From the human T2T-CHM13v2.0 reference genome, Homo sapiens, in the NCBI RefSeq assembly GCF_009914755.1, contig NC_060928.1: a stretch of 64,000 nt of DNA; one strand, 5' to 3'. Position numbers and translations under genes: made by a program. Shown here piece by piece: positions 14,486-27,239 of the stretch (position 1 is its first letter; every line of letters starts with the position of its first letter). The notes beneath the pieces were generated by a model. That model was not told the origin of the DNA and did no database searches. It saw only the letters and a list, made by a program, of their open reading frames with translations.

Positions 14486-14890
14486 TGTAGTTAACTCTCA
14501 GAAAAGTCCATGTTCTAATTCCCAGAACCTGTGAATGTGTTAACTTGCATTTCAAAAGAGACTTTGCAGGTGTGATTAAATTAAAGATCTCAAAATGGGG
14601 AGATTATGGATTATCAGAGTGGGCCCAGTGTAGTCACAGGGGTCCATACAATTGGAGTACAAGAGGGTAAGAATCAGAGAGGAGGTGTGACCACGATGGA
14701 AGCAGAAGTTGGGGTGATGCAGGGTCATGGCCCTTAGAAGCTAGGAAGGAGCAGGGAACGGATTCTCCCCTAAAGCCTCTAGAAGGAGTGCATCCCTGCT
14801 CATGCATTTCAGACTTGTGGTCTCTAGAACTGTCTGGAGATGGTGTTGTAAGACAGTAAATGACTATGGCAGCAATCAGATATTCATATA
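14486..14890 (+). mobile_element. MLT1 (C/D-like) MaLR solo LTR
   Basis: cagaacctgtgaatgtgtt...gactttgcaggtgtgattaa...gattctcccctaaagcctctagaagga; TSD ACCCC at 14481-14485 and 14891-14895. Confidence 0.85.
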
Positions 14891-15689
14891 ACCCCTACAC
14901 TATATTTTCATATACCTGACTTTTTCAGTCAAGATTCTGGTGCTCAGAATGGGAAAAACATACAACTTTATGTTAATAAGTTGTATTTCTGTTGGTGCCT
15001 CCTACACATGGCAGGGAAGCAGGATTGATTATGGCCTGTGCAATTAATATTTTAACCTAGAGAAAAAATGGGAGAAAGCAGGAAATGTAATTAGACTGTG
15101 CCAAAGAAGTGTAATTTTGACAGTTGAGTTGGAAGATGAATGGTGGTTGTGGGGAGAAGAATTTGAAAGGAGGGTAGACAAAAAAAAATCACCCAAAAAG
15201 CTGTGGCATTTGCTCAGGAGAGATATGACATGCAGATGAAATTAGGCAATATCAGTGAATATAGAGAGGAATAGATACATTTTTAAACTATGGTAAATAG
15301 TACGATTGAAGTGTGTGCCGGGTGCAGGTAAAAAAGGAAGAGGGGACAGCATGATGTCAGACTGGGACTCCCTGAGTTGGAGGTGCCTGTGATATATGGG
15401 AGTGGTTGAGGGGCTGAGATTATAAGGGGAGTGAATACAGAAGGGAGCAGAGGATAGGACCCTAGGAAGCATCTATCAAGTTATGGGCAGAGGTTGTACG
15501 TAGCACAGAAAGGCAAGAAATTGCCAGGGAAATAGGAAGAGAACCAAAGAGGAGAATGGCTCACCAATAAGGGAGTGGCTCATGCTGCCTGTTAGTCAAG
15601 TAGAGAAGCAAACTAGATTTTTCCTTAGGAGGTCACTGGGATCTGTACCATGCCTAGGTAAGAGCAGTTTCAATAGAGGGATTAGAGAG

Positions 15690-15925
15690 AGGTGTGCTGG
15701 ATCTCACACCTACTCAGCAGAGGCCCTTGTGCACTGGAGCTCATACCTACTCAGGAGAGTCTCTTGTGCACATCCAAGCCCAGCTCTGCATTCAATGACA
15801 TCAGCTTTAGATCAGTGATGGTGGAATTACTTGAAATCAGCAAATGCTACAATGCTACAAATCAGGGTGTTCCCTTCTCACATCCTTCCCCATCCCAAGA
15901 GTTAAACATTCACCAGCTTCAACTG
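15690..15925. mobile_element. MER63-like hAT fragment
   Basis: ttgtgcacatc...ttcaatgacatca...gaaatcagcaaatgctacaa...aatcaggg. Confidence 0.55.
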
Positions 15926-18900
15926 GGAGAGAAGAAAGCTGAAGCATGACTGATTAAGTCTGCAAGTGAATGGGAGATAAGGAAGTGGGGCTGAGGGAGT
16001 TCATTATCTTTCCAGACGTGAGTGGTGAAGGGAAAGCGCACAGTACAGTCACATCTTAAGACCCAGATAGGTTTGAAAGAACATTGCTTTTTCCTGGAAA
16101 TGTCCCAGACAAGATTGATTATATAGCCTCTATTGTATCACTGAAGTTTTAAGGAATCTTTACTTTTAATGGCATCTCACATATATAAAACCACATTATT
16201 GTTATGTAAGAAATTAACCCAGTGCTTTCCTTCTTTCCTGATCGATTAGCACACACTGTCTTTTTGCATCATTTCTCCCATGTGTAGCTCCTCTGTTCAT
16301 CCACCTTTCTGGAATTGCTTGGCTCCTTCCTGCTTTGTACATGATCCCTTTAAGACAAATCTAGTTTCACACACGAATGCAAATATACTTTTAGGCACTT
16401 TTTTGAAGAAGGATACAAGTGGATGCCCAGTTCTCTTTGTTTGTATGTTGGATTTCTGATTAAGATTTCCTAAATAAAGGGCCCCAAACTAATGTTTGAA
16501 AAAAAGGGGGGGGGAGGGTAAACATAGTTTCAAGTTTTTTTAATCACTTATTTACACGTTACTCTTTATTCAAATTGTTCTATTTTATCTGTTATCATTA
16601 TATGCATTTGTAAGATTATGAGTTTTTGTGGAATTAAAATCCAGCACTGAAGAAAGCCCAGGCATTACTTAGTGGGAATTTCTTTGTAAAAAAATAATCC
16701 CATTCAGGATTCTCAAGGGAAGTCCAGAGCCCGACTGTAGGTTAATGAGAATAAAAGAAATGATTTAGCACGTGCATACAGCTAATTTGGCGTCAGCATT
16801 GTGCTCATGTAAGGATGTAATTATTCTTTTGTCTCTTCTGGGAAGCCCAGAGTATACGTTAATAATCAAGTTCCAGAAGATGGCAGCAAAGGATTTACTA
16901 TCCAGAGGAAACATGAATGTAATCATTAGTATTCTTGAGATACTTCATTTTGCTTATAGTGATTAAAAGTTACATTGAAACAAAGCTATTTACATCATTT
17001 AATAAAGCTTTTTGAATGATTAGCTTTTTCTTTATATTAGAAAGTAGAAATTTACTAGTTTAATGTGTCAAGAAAATATTGTTTAAATCCATGTTTTTAA
17101 AAGACTTAATGTAAGCTGCTCACCTCCCAATCCTTTCCCCACCCGCCCAAACTCAACCAGGATCATTGTTCATAGTTAGGGTTCTTTCCCATACTTTTAT
17201 CCTCTATGCACAAAAATGGTCATATTACATATATTATTCTATAACCTGGTCTTGCCATTTGAAAATCTTTCCATGTTAATCAAAAACTGAATTGTGCATT
17301 ATTTTATGGTTATATAATTTTATGTATATATTTATAAGTATGGTTGTTTTCAGGTTGCATGAGCAGCCTTGTGGTACATGTAGTTGTTTATTTAGAATAC
17401 ATCCTAGAGGTAGAATAATCAGGTTAAAGTATATGAAAATTAACTGCAGTTATCCTTCCTGCCAAAATGCCTTCCAGGAAAGTCTTTACAATATACATTC
17501 CTGTGAATATCATGAGAATGGTTTTTTACCTAAATTTACTCATTAGATACCCTTATTTCACGCTTAGAAGATGGAATTTTATTTCCCAAATTTTATTCTC
17601 ATTTTATTTTATGCAACTCTACTTACTGTCTCCTTTAAACATCCTTTCATCTATTGTCTCAAAGTAAAAACTAGATATGAAATAAAAACATAAAAGTAAA
17701 ATGTTATTTTATTTTGTTTTCAAAGTGAAACATTAAAGAAAAAAGACATTATTTAAGTGTAACTGGGAAATGCTCTTTTGTGGGCAAAAATAAATCATTT
17801 TAAATTTAATTTATTCCTGTAGCTATTATTCCTAGCATTAGGAAGATACGATTTAATAAAGTACTCTTGAGGAAATTCATTAGGTCACAGGAACTAACAT
17901 GAAAGCTCTTTATATTTAAAACAGGCAATAATGCTAAGGCATTACTAAATATGTAACTTCAAAGGCACTACATTGCCCAATCACGTACTCCATTTTAGGC
18001 ATTTTATATACATACACTGTAGCCAAACTTGAGTAAACTTTGATAAAAATTTTCTATTATGCAAGTTTCTTAACCTTAAAATGAACTTCTGTGATTCTTA
18101 AGTAAATATTATAGGGTGATGCTTTTATTCTTTGGGCTGGATCCAGATGTCAACTTTTCGTTTTATAACAGCATGTTCTTTGCAACTCATAGCCAACTAA
18201 TTTTTTCTAGTATGGACAAAGAACAAAGAATGTGCCCTGTAAAAATTTTGTACAAACTTATTTTTCCTGCATTATATATTACGTCTCCTTCTCTTTGTGA
18301 TTAAAGCCCACGAATATTTTCTTTTGAAAAGTCAATATTATATCTGTTAGATAAGACAAATTTTCCCTATTATCTAACAGCAAATCTGCTTCTTTCTGTT
18401 TTTTTTTTTTATTTTAATGTTTTCTGTTTTGTTTTAAAACTTGGAGTGATATGTGTCTGAGATTGGTAGGTGTTGAGAAAAAAATCTGTAATATCTGAAA
18501 AGGTATAGATAGTACAAATTTTTTTTGAGAGGGTTTATATTTCAAAAGCCAAATCTTTTGAAAGTTTGGACCCACATTTTAAAAACTCACTGTTTTAAAT
18601 GAAGTTAGACAATGAAGTAATGAGACATGATTTTGCATCTAGCTTATGAACATCAGTCATATTCAAATGTGCTTTAGACTATTTTGTTTTAGACAAAGCA
18701 ATTCAAGAATATTATGTCTCAGCTAGAGAGTTCTACTGTCTAGATGAACTATGCTACACTCACTTGTATGTAGTTAGAATCCTAGAATGCCATGGAAATA
18801 ATGTAATTCTTGGTACATGGATCCTTTGGATAATATTATGGGACCTGTTTGAATACTTTGCAGGACATGGAATGAATACATCAGCGTATGACGCACGTGT

Positions 18901-19834
18901 TCCATTATTGGACAGCTCTAATTATCACAATTTTATTCTTTATACTTAATCAAAGTATGCATTCCATTTTTCTGTACACTGACCATAGTTTTGTTTTGCA
19001 GGGTCATAGAGAATAAATCTAATCTTCCTTTCACATGACAAAACTTTCATTTGGGGAAAGATTTATGTTAATTATTAGCACACTGCCCTCACTTTACCAT
19101 TTTCCTTTACTGCTGTTTCTCATGTTCCTCATAATTTCAAAACCCATCACCATCCTGGTTGTGCTTTTTTGGATAATCCATTTGATTTCATCCCTTAAGA
19201 GTTGTACCTTAAGGTAAACAGAGTAACCCAGATATTATTTAACCTGAACAAGGAATAATCCCTTTTTTAGGTATGGACACTGCTAACATGGCCTGAGCTT
19301 ACATTAGCATCTTCCTGGCAGATAGGCTCCACTCTTCGTTTACCTTGTGTACGTGTAATCAACCAAAATGCTAAAGCTATCCAGATCCCATAGGATTCAA
19401 ATATTCTTTAAACTCAAATGTAGGATTTTAAATTTTAATGTGTTAAAGACTGTTTTTGATTTGGGACATCTCTTTTTCAATCTTTCAATCTATAGGTAAC
19501 TTATTGAGTTCTATTTTATCATCCAACATACTATTTTTCAGTTTCATATTTAAATGTTACAAGTATATCTGCTTGGCACGTGTTTATACAAGTCATTACT
19601 AAAAAGAATATTAGGATATTTAATTTATCCACATCCATGAGTACATTTCTAATCAGGTTCAATGCAAGGTGATTTTGCTATTTTCTGTGGGACAATTTTA
19701 GAAAAGTTGAATCTATTTCTGAACCACAATCTTTTCCCTCTTTCCCAAGGCAGCATAGCAATATCAGGGCTTACTTAGGCTTGGTTCTCTTGTCTTTGGC
19801 AATGGCTGCTGAAGGAAAAGAGAATCAAGTCTAA

Positions 19835-20214
<380 letters not shown>

Positions 20215-20879
20215 TCTCTGCTGTGATTTTTTGGAAGGTGCTTTTTCTTTCTAAAAGTTCCTGAACTCTATTATATTTAAAACTTGATTAAGGTATTTTT
20301 GGGGAGGACAGAATTGCACTACAAAAGGTTACTATTACTAGACATTTCAGTAATTGAACTATTAAAAGGCATGAATAATTTTCTTTTATTTTAGCAAATA
20401 AAGCATTTAGGCATGGAGTAAAAGTGCAAAAGGAAATAGTCCGAATGGTTTTAAGATTAATTAGGAGACAGTGATAGACTTAGCTGACTAAATTTCATGG
20501 AATGTAAGCATTCTTTTTTGGAGTATTACATACTGAATTATCCAAAATCCCAGAATAAACTACATTTCTATTACAGGAAACACCAATAAATGTGTTCCCA
20601 TTTATTTTATTTTTTAACTTTAGACATTTTGTTATTGGTGAGAATATTTATCTCTGCTTGATTTCATGATTATGCTTTTGTTACACACACAGAAAAACTT
20701 TACCAGTTTTTAAATAGGATTCTACTCTTGCTATGTAAAGTATTTGTCACTTTAGGCATTGCTTTCTATTTTCTGGAATTAGATTTTGCCATGTTTCTAT
20801 TATACTACCTTTATTGTATTTATTCCTATAAAAACTCAAGCATATGTTCTATATCCATGTCAAAATAAGTCTAAATCTT

Positions 20880-21045
20880 TTTTTTTTTTTTTTTTTTTGA
20901 GACAGAGTCTCGCTCTGTCCCTCAGGCTGGAGTGCAGTGGCGCGATCTCGGCTCACTGAAAGCTCTGCCTCCCGGGTTCACGCCATTCTCCTGCCTCAGC
21001 CTCCCGAGTAGCGGGGACTACAGGCGCCCGCCACAACACCCGGCT
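20880..21045 (-). mobile_element. 5'-truncated young AluY (right arm only)
   Basis: Most CpGs intact; perfect 16-bp TSD aataagtctaaatctt at 20864-20879 and 21046-21061. Confidence 0.96.
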
Positions 21046-22338
21046 AATAAGTCTAAATCTTGAAAGAAGGAAATATATGGAGTGCTTTAAATTTTTAACA
21101 CTTTCAATATGAATAGAATTGGGAGCAATGCAGTGAAAGCTGTAATACAGTTGCTATTACTCTCTAGAAAGTCAGTGTAGTTGAGCAGTCAGACTATATA
21201 CAAAAAAAGAAAAATTGATGATTACCTCATATGTTCAACAAACCGATTTGATATTGATTAACCTGTATACTTAAAACAGAAGCAATGTGGATATGTACGG
21301 ATAGAAGAAGAGCTTGAAAACTGCAGAGTAATGCACCGAGGGTGGAAAGAAAATGCTGTAGACTAAACCAGTGAGTGCTGTACTAAGAGGTGCAACATCT
21401 TTCAAATTAAGAGTGGGGGCCATCTAGTGTGTCATCACACTTATTTAATTGGAATCATGATTAAAAAGAAGTTTCTAGCATAAACTAGACTAGATTAATA
21501 CAAAAATAGTGCATTACAAATTGAAAAGGTATGGACCATTTCAGAAAGACTTTGTTTCCATATATAAAAATAAACTGTGTATGTAAAATAGATCATGTAC
21601 ATTTACGTGCATATATAAGATACATTTATGTGTATATGTATATAGGTGCACTTGGGTTGTGGTATAAAATATATTTTTTACAGTATTCAGTGACAAAAAT
21701 GTTGATAGCCACTGAGGTGTTGAATATAGACTACTCTTTTCAATGAGAACAGAAAAAGAAAGTTAAAGTAATTTCCTGGGGTTTTGTGAAACCTGAAAAC
21801 TAGTTTCCCTAACACCATAATACTTAATTTGTCTACTATTACTAAAAGACAATTTCATTTCCTGTGACACCTTGTAACTGGAAATGGACTAAACATTACA
21901 AATAACTAATCTCCCATGAGTCAATGTAAATTATAGTAATAAAATTGTAAATGAACATTAAAAGAAATATATAACTCTCTGCAAAACTGCTTCTGATCCT
22001 GCTGTCTCACTCTTTTTGGACAATCTATGCTTTATTGTTGTACATATACTTCATTTTGGAAGCATTTTTTAAAGAGAAATATCTCTTATTCCAATCTTCC
22101 TACATACTATCATTCAAAAGCCTTTCCCATTTCTCATCCTCCAGGAAACTTTTCATTATTAACCCAATATGGTATGATAATTTCTCTGTGTGTATCCATC
22201 TTTATTCCTTGCTGTCCTAATCTTAAAATAAAGAGATTCTATCATTTAATCTCTAATATATGGGGGCATTTATAGAGGAAGGCAAAATAATTCTTATATA
22301 TAACTTTGATGTAATTAAGTGATATTATGTGGAGTGTT

Positions 22339-22340
<2 letters not shown>

Positions 22341-22369
<29 letters not shown>
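22341..22369 (+). repeat. (TG)n microsatellite
   Basis: About 14 uninterrupted TG units. Confidence 0.95.
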
Positions 22370-22376
<7 letters not shown>

Positions 22377-23424
22377 GTGTGTATGTGTGCTGTAAATCTT
22401 AGGTAGTTACATGTCTCTTTAGTTAAATGTTACTTTATATACGATTTGTATTTCTTTTCAGTTTTGTATTTCTTAGTGGAGAGGGGTAAACTTTAACAGT
22501 CTTTTCCCAGGAGAGTGCAATGAATTTATGAGAGCTTAAGTACTTTTAGATTATGGTAATGATAATAATGGTGCTAACTTTGTCTTCAAGAAACAGACTA
22601 TTTCTTCAATCAGCTCCATGCCTATTTCAGTAATCTGTACTTCATATCTTTTTCAGCATGAATTATTTAAAAATCTGTGAACTTGCCTCTGCTTATCTTT
22701 CTGTATTCTGGATTTTACTTATTTATTTGTAGGTGCTAATATTACTCTTTCAGGGAGCCAAGAGAGATCTCAAGACAGAATGTCTTGTGTGTGTTTCAAA
22801 GATGGCATGAATTACTAACGTTCCCTTCAAGTTTAGAATATTCTTATTGTTGGACGTTTATGGCATTAAGTAGAAGAAAATATATTTTTGCAAGAAAAAT
22901 GAATTAAATTATATTTTAGAGAGGGAAAGATCAGAAGGAAGGTAATAAGCAAGGTTGTAAATCAATGTCAGAGATGGAAGAATTGTAATCAATGAACAGA
23001 AATAATATTGTACAGATTACACTACACCTGTCGCTCTGTCACCAACTGTTTTGTTCTTAAATCAGTGGACAGTTTTATAAATTTTCTTGATCCTTGTCAA
23101 AACTAGATTTAAATTTATCAAATTTCATTTATTCACAGAACCAGATCTTAGATTTATGTCATGTTTGGTCCTGATTCATTAATTTCTGCTATTATCTCAA
23201 TAGATTTAAATCCACTGTTTTCCTGATGTTTTTTCTTTTTGTAATTTCTATGACTATATATAAAATTATAGTTTTATAATTTCTGTTTTTAAATACTTGT
23301 TTTATATTATTACTTTTCTTTACATCTGGAATTTCAACAAGAAGTTGCAAGTTGCCACTGTGTTTGTGTGTCTTAAATAGTGAGACTTCGTTTTTGTGAA
23401 TGTATTAAATAAATTTTGGCTTTA

Positions 23425-23600
23425 GGATCAGGACCCTGTGCTCAAACCCTGGCTCTTCCATGATGTAGCTTTGTGACTTTGGGTAAGTTACTCAACCTCT
23501 CTGAGCTTCAGTGTCCTCTTCTGCAAAACAGAAAAAAAAATTGGAAATATCTGTTTCTGACTGGTGTCAAAAAGTTAAAGGAGATAAACGTGTAACACAT
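23425..23600 (+). mobile_element. MIR SINE
   Basis: tgtgactttgggtaagttactcaacctctctgagcttcagtgtcctcttctgcaaaa. Confidence 0.8.
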
Positions 23601-23727
23601 TCCCCTGATGCATAGCATGAAGAGTCAATGAGTATTATGGACTTGTGAATAAATATTTATGTGTGACATACCTTATGTGTTTTTTATTACATAGTCAATC
23701 ACCTATTCTATGTCATATAATACATAC

Positions 23728-24625
23728 TGTAGGTTCCAGATGAACCCCTCCCTGTCTCTATTGTGTAGAAACAACCCTATTTCTCCCCTTGATAATTAAG
23801 ATAAATCACTCCAGTGTTTTTGTGGTGGCAAAAGTAGTCCAAAATGGCCAGGTCACAGTCTCGGCTTCCAGTTCAATGGAACCATTGTTTTGTCTAGTTA
23901 TACAAGCATTAATCCTTTAGGAAACAAGATCTTCATATGAGCAGAACCTAATGTTTCAGATACAGAAAGCACAAAGTGTTCAGATTATTTATTCATTTCT
24001 ACTTCAACCCTTTTTTCCTGAACCTGACTTACCTCTGGGAGAATCAGCCATAGATAGCAGAACTGGTTCACGGCATGCATTGCCTCTTGTAGGCGAGCAC
24101 CCTGCCCTGATCAATGCAGCCATTGAATCTTCAATAAGACATTCAATTGCAATATTAGGCACGTTGCTTTGCAGTAAGGAGATTCATGATACAACCATGA
24201 ATCTCATGGGGTCAGGCCAGTGCATCCCTGATTTCTTCTGTAAAAGGAATTCCTCAAATGGGTGGTGACGCTGACACAGGAATCTAAACAGAGAAGACAA
24301 ATCCAGATACAGAATAAATATGCATATTCTATTGAGCACAAATATCAACTCATTCCATGATGGGTACAATTCAAAACAACCATACTGAATAAAGGTGGCC
24401 AATTGGTCACCTCTGCATATGGTGCCCTAGCAAAGACTTGGTGTTAGTGTCTGCTGTTGCAAGGTTAGGCATTCAGTAGTAAAAATAGTCAAATCAGCCA
24501 TGACGAAGGTGAGTTTAATTTGCTAGCTCATGCATAACCTCCATCCTGGCTGCGACAGCCACTTATTCAGGATTCCTTTGGGCAAACACTGTGGTGGCTG
24601 AAAAAGACTGGCTAATGTTCACAGA
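23728..24625 (-). mobile_element. Decayed ERVL (ERVL-E-like) internal region: integrase and dUTPase-like segment
   Basis: Minus-strand reading gives degenerate ERVL motifs: TMVPLNWK...PGHFGLL (~23835-23890), GTI.RGDQLAT (~24393-24427), SGFVFS (~24290-24308); many stops and frameshifts. Confidence 0.8.
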
Positions 24626-24675
24626 CTATTAACAGTCCTGGCTTTTACATAGAGGATTCATTTAAAGCAAAAACA

Positions 24676-27202
24676 CATGCACACTCAGATATAGTGGATT
24701 TGGTTTCAGACCACCACAATAAAGGAAATGTCACAATTAAGTGAGTCACACAAGATTTTTGGCTTGCCAATGCATATAAAACTTATATTTATACTATATT
24801 GTAGTCTATTAAGTGTGAAATGGCTTTTTGTCTAAAAAACTGGACATACCTTAAAAAATACATTATTGATAAAAAACACTAATGATCATTTGAGAATTAA
24901 GAATTCATAAATTCTCAATCTTAAGAATTAAGGATTCATCATTATGAATAATTCATATTCATTCATAATTCATAAAAGCATTTGTGTAAAAAATTGGACA
25001 TACCTTAAAAATACATTATTGATAAAAAATACTAATGATCATTTGAGAATTAAGGATTCATAATCTTTTTGCTGGTGGAAGGCCTTGCCTCAATGTTCAT
25101 GGCTGATTCTGCTGACTGATCAGGATGGTCATTGCTGAAGGCTGAAGTGGCTGTGCCAATTTCTTAAAATAAGGCAACAATGAAGTTTGCCTCATTGATT
25201 GACTCTTCCTTCCACGAAAGATCTCTTTGCAGTGTTCAATACTGTTTGTTAGCACTTCATCCACGGTAGAACTTGTTTCCAAATTGCAGTCAATCCTCTC
25301 AAACCCTGCTGCTATTTAACAACTAAGTTTATGTAATACTTAAAATCTTTTCTTATCATTTCAACAATGTTCACACCATCTTCACCAGAAGTAAATTCCA
25401 CCTGAAGAAACCACTTTATTTGCTTATCTGTAAGAAGCAACTCCTCATCCATTCAACTTTTATCATGAGATTGCAGCAATTCAGTCACATCTTCAGGCTC
25501 CACCCCTGATGCTAATTCTCTTGCTATTTCTACATCTGCAGTTACTTCCTCCACTAAAATCTTAAACCCCTCAAAGTTATCTACAAGAGTTGGAGTCAAC
25601 TTCTTTAAAATTCCTGTTAATGTTGATTTTTTTTTTACCTCCTCCCATGAATCATAAGTGTTCTTAATGGCACCTATAGTGGTGAATCTTTTCCAGAAGT
25701 TTTCAATTTACTTTGCCCAGAACCATTAGAGGAATCACTATCTATGGCAGCTATAACCTTACAAAATATGTCTCTTAAATAATACAACATTAAAATCAAA
25801 GTTACTTGTCAATCAGTGGGTTACAGAATGGATGGTGTGTTTGCAGGCATAAAAAGACATTAATCCCCTTATGCATCTTCATCAGAGTTCTTGTGTGACC
25901 AGGTCCATTGTCAATGAGCAGTAATATTTTGAAAGGAATCTTTTTTGTTTTTTTGAGCAATACTTCTCAATGGTAACCTTGAAATCTTCAGTAAACCATG
26001 CTGTGAAGAGATGTACCATCATCCCGGCTTTGTTGATCCATTTGTAGAGCATGGGCAGAGTCGATTTAACATTAATTCTTAAGACCTTGGGATGTTTTGA
26101 AAGGTAAATGCACATTGGTTTCACCTTAAAGTCACTAGCTGCATTAGCCCCTAACAAGAGAGCCAGTTTGTCCTTTGAAGCTTTGAAGCCAGGCTTGACT
26201 TTTCTTCTAGCTATGAAAGTCCTAGATGGCATTTTCTTCCAGTACAGCTGCTTCATCTACATGGTAAATCTATTGTTCAATGTAGCCATTCAATTCATGA
26301 ATGATGTTGGCTAGATCTTCTGTATAATTTGCTGCAGCTTATCTATCAGCCCTTGCTACTTCATCTTGCACTTTTATGTTACGGAGATCATTTCCTTAAT
26401 CCTCATGAACTAATCTCTGCTACCTTCCAACTCTTCTTGTGCAACTTCCTGACCACTCTCAGCCTTCATAGAATTCAAGAGTTAGGGCCTTGTTCTGCAT
26501 TAGGCTTTGGCTTAAGGGAATGTTGTGGCTGGTTTGATATTCTATCTAGACCATCAAATCTTTCTCCATATCAGCAATAAAGCTGTATATTCACTGGTGT
26601 AGCACATTCATTTTCCTTCAAGAACTTTTCCCTTGCACTCACAGCTTAGCTAACTGTTTGGCACAAGAGGTCTAGCTTTCAGCCTATTTCAGCTTTTGAC
26701 ATGTCTTTCTCACTAAGCTTAATCATTTTTAGCCTCTGATTTAAAGTGAGATATGTACAACTCTTCCTTTCACTTGAACACTTAGAGGCCATTGTAAGTT
26801 TATTTATCAGGCTAATATCAATACTGTGTGTCTGAAGGAATAAGCAGGCCTGAGCAGAGGGAGAGAGATGGGAGAATGGCTGAGCAGTGGAGCATTGAGA
26901 ACACATACAATATTTATTGATTGAGTCTGCTGTCTTATATGGGCTCAGTGTGTGGTACCCCAAAGCAATTCAATAGTAATATCAAAGATGCCTGATTACA
27001 GATCACCATTAAATATAAAATAATTATTTAAAAGTTTGAAATACTGTGAGAATTACCAAAATATGACACAGAGACAGAAAGTGAGCACACGCTGTTTGAA
27101 AAGTAGTGCTGATATACTTGTGGGAGCAGAACTTCAATTTGTAAACTATGCAATATCTCTGAAGCTCAACAAGATGATGAATAATAAATTGGGATGTGCC
27201 TG
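24676..27202 (-). mobile_element. Near full-length Tigger1 (TcMar/pogo) DNA transposon, transposase disrupted
   Basis: Degenerate TIRs (catgcacactc... / ...gatgtgcctg followed by TA); ORF 25882..26256 gives WKKMPSRTFIA..GFKASKDKLALLLGANA; ORF 26679..26963 gives MASKCSSERKSC...KLSEKDMSKAEIG. Confidence 0.95.
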
Positions 27203-27239
27203 TATGCAAACTTTGCACCCACTTTAAACAGTTTATTCA

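Noticed and set aside
25882-26256. TIGD1-like domesticated transposase gene
   Set aside because: Tigger1 transposase is broken into short frames; no intact long ORF
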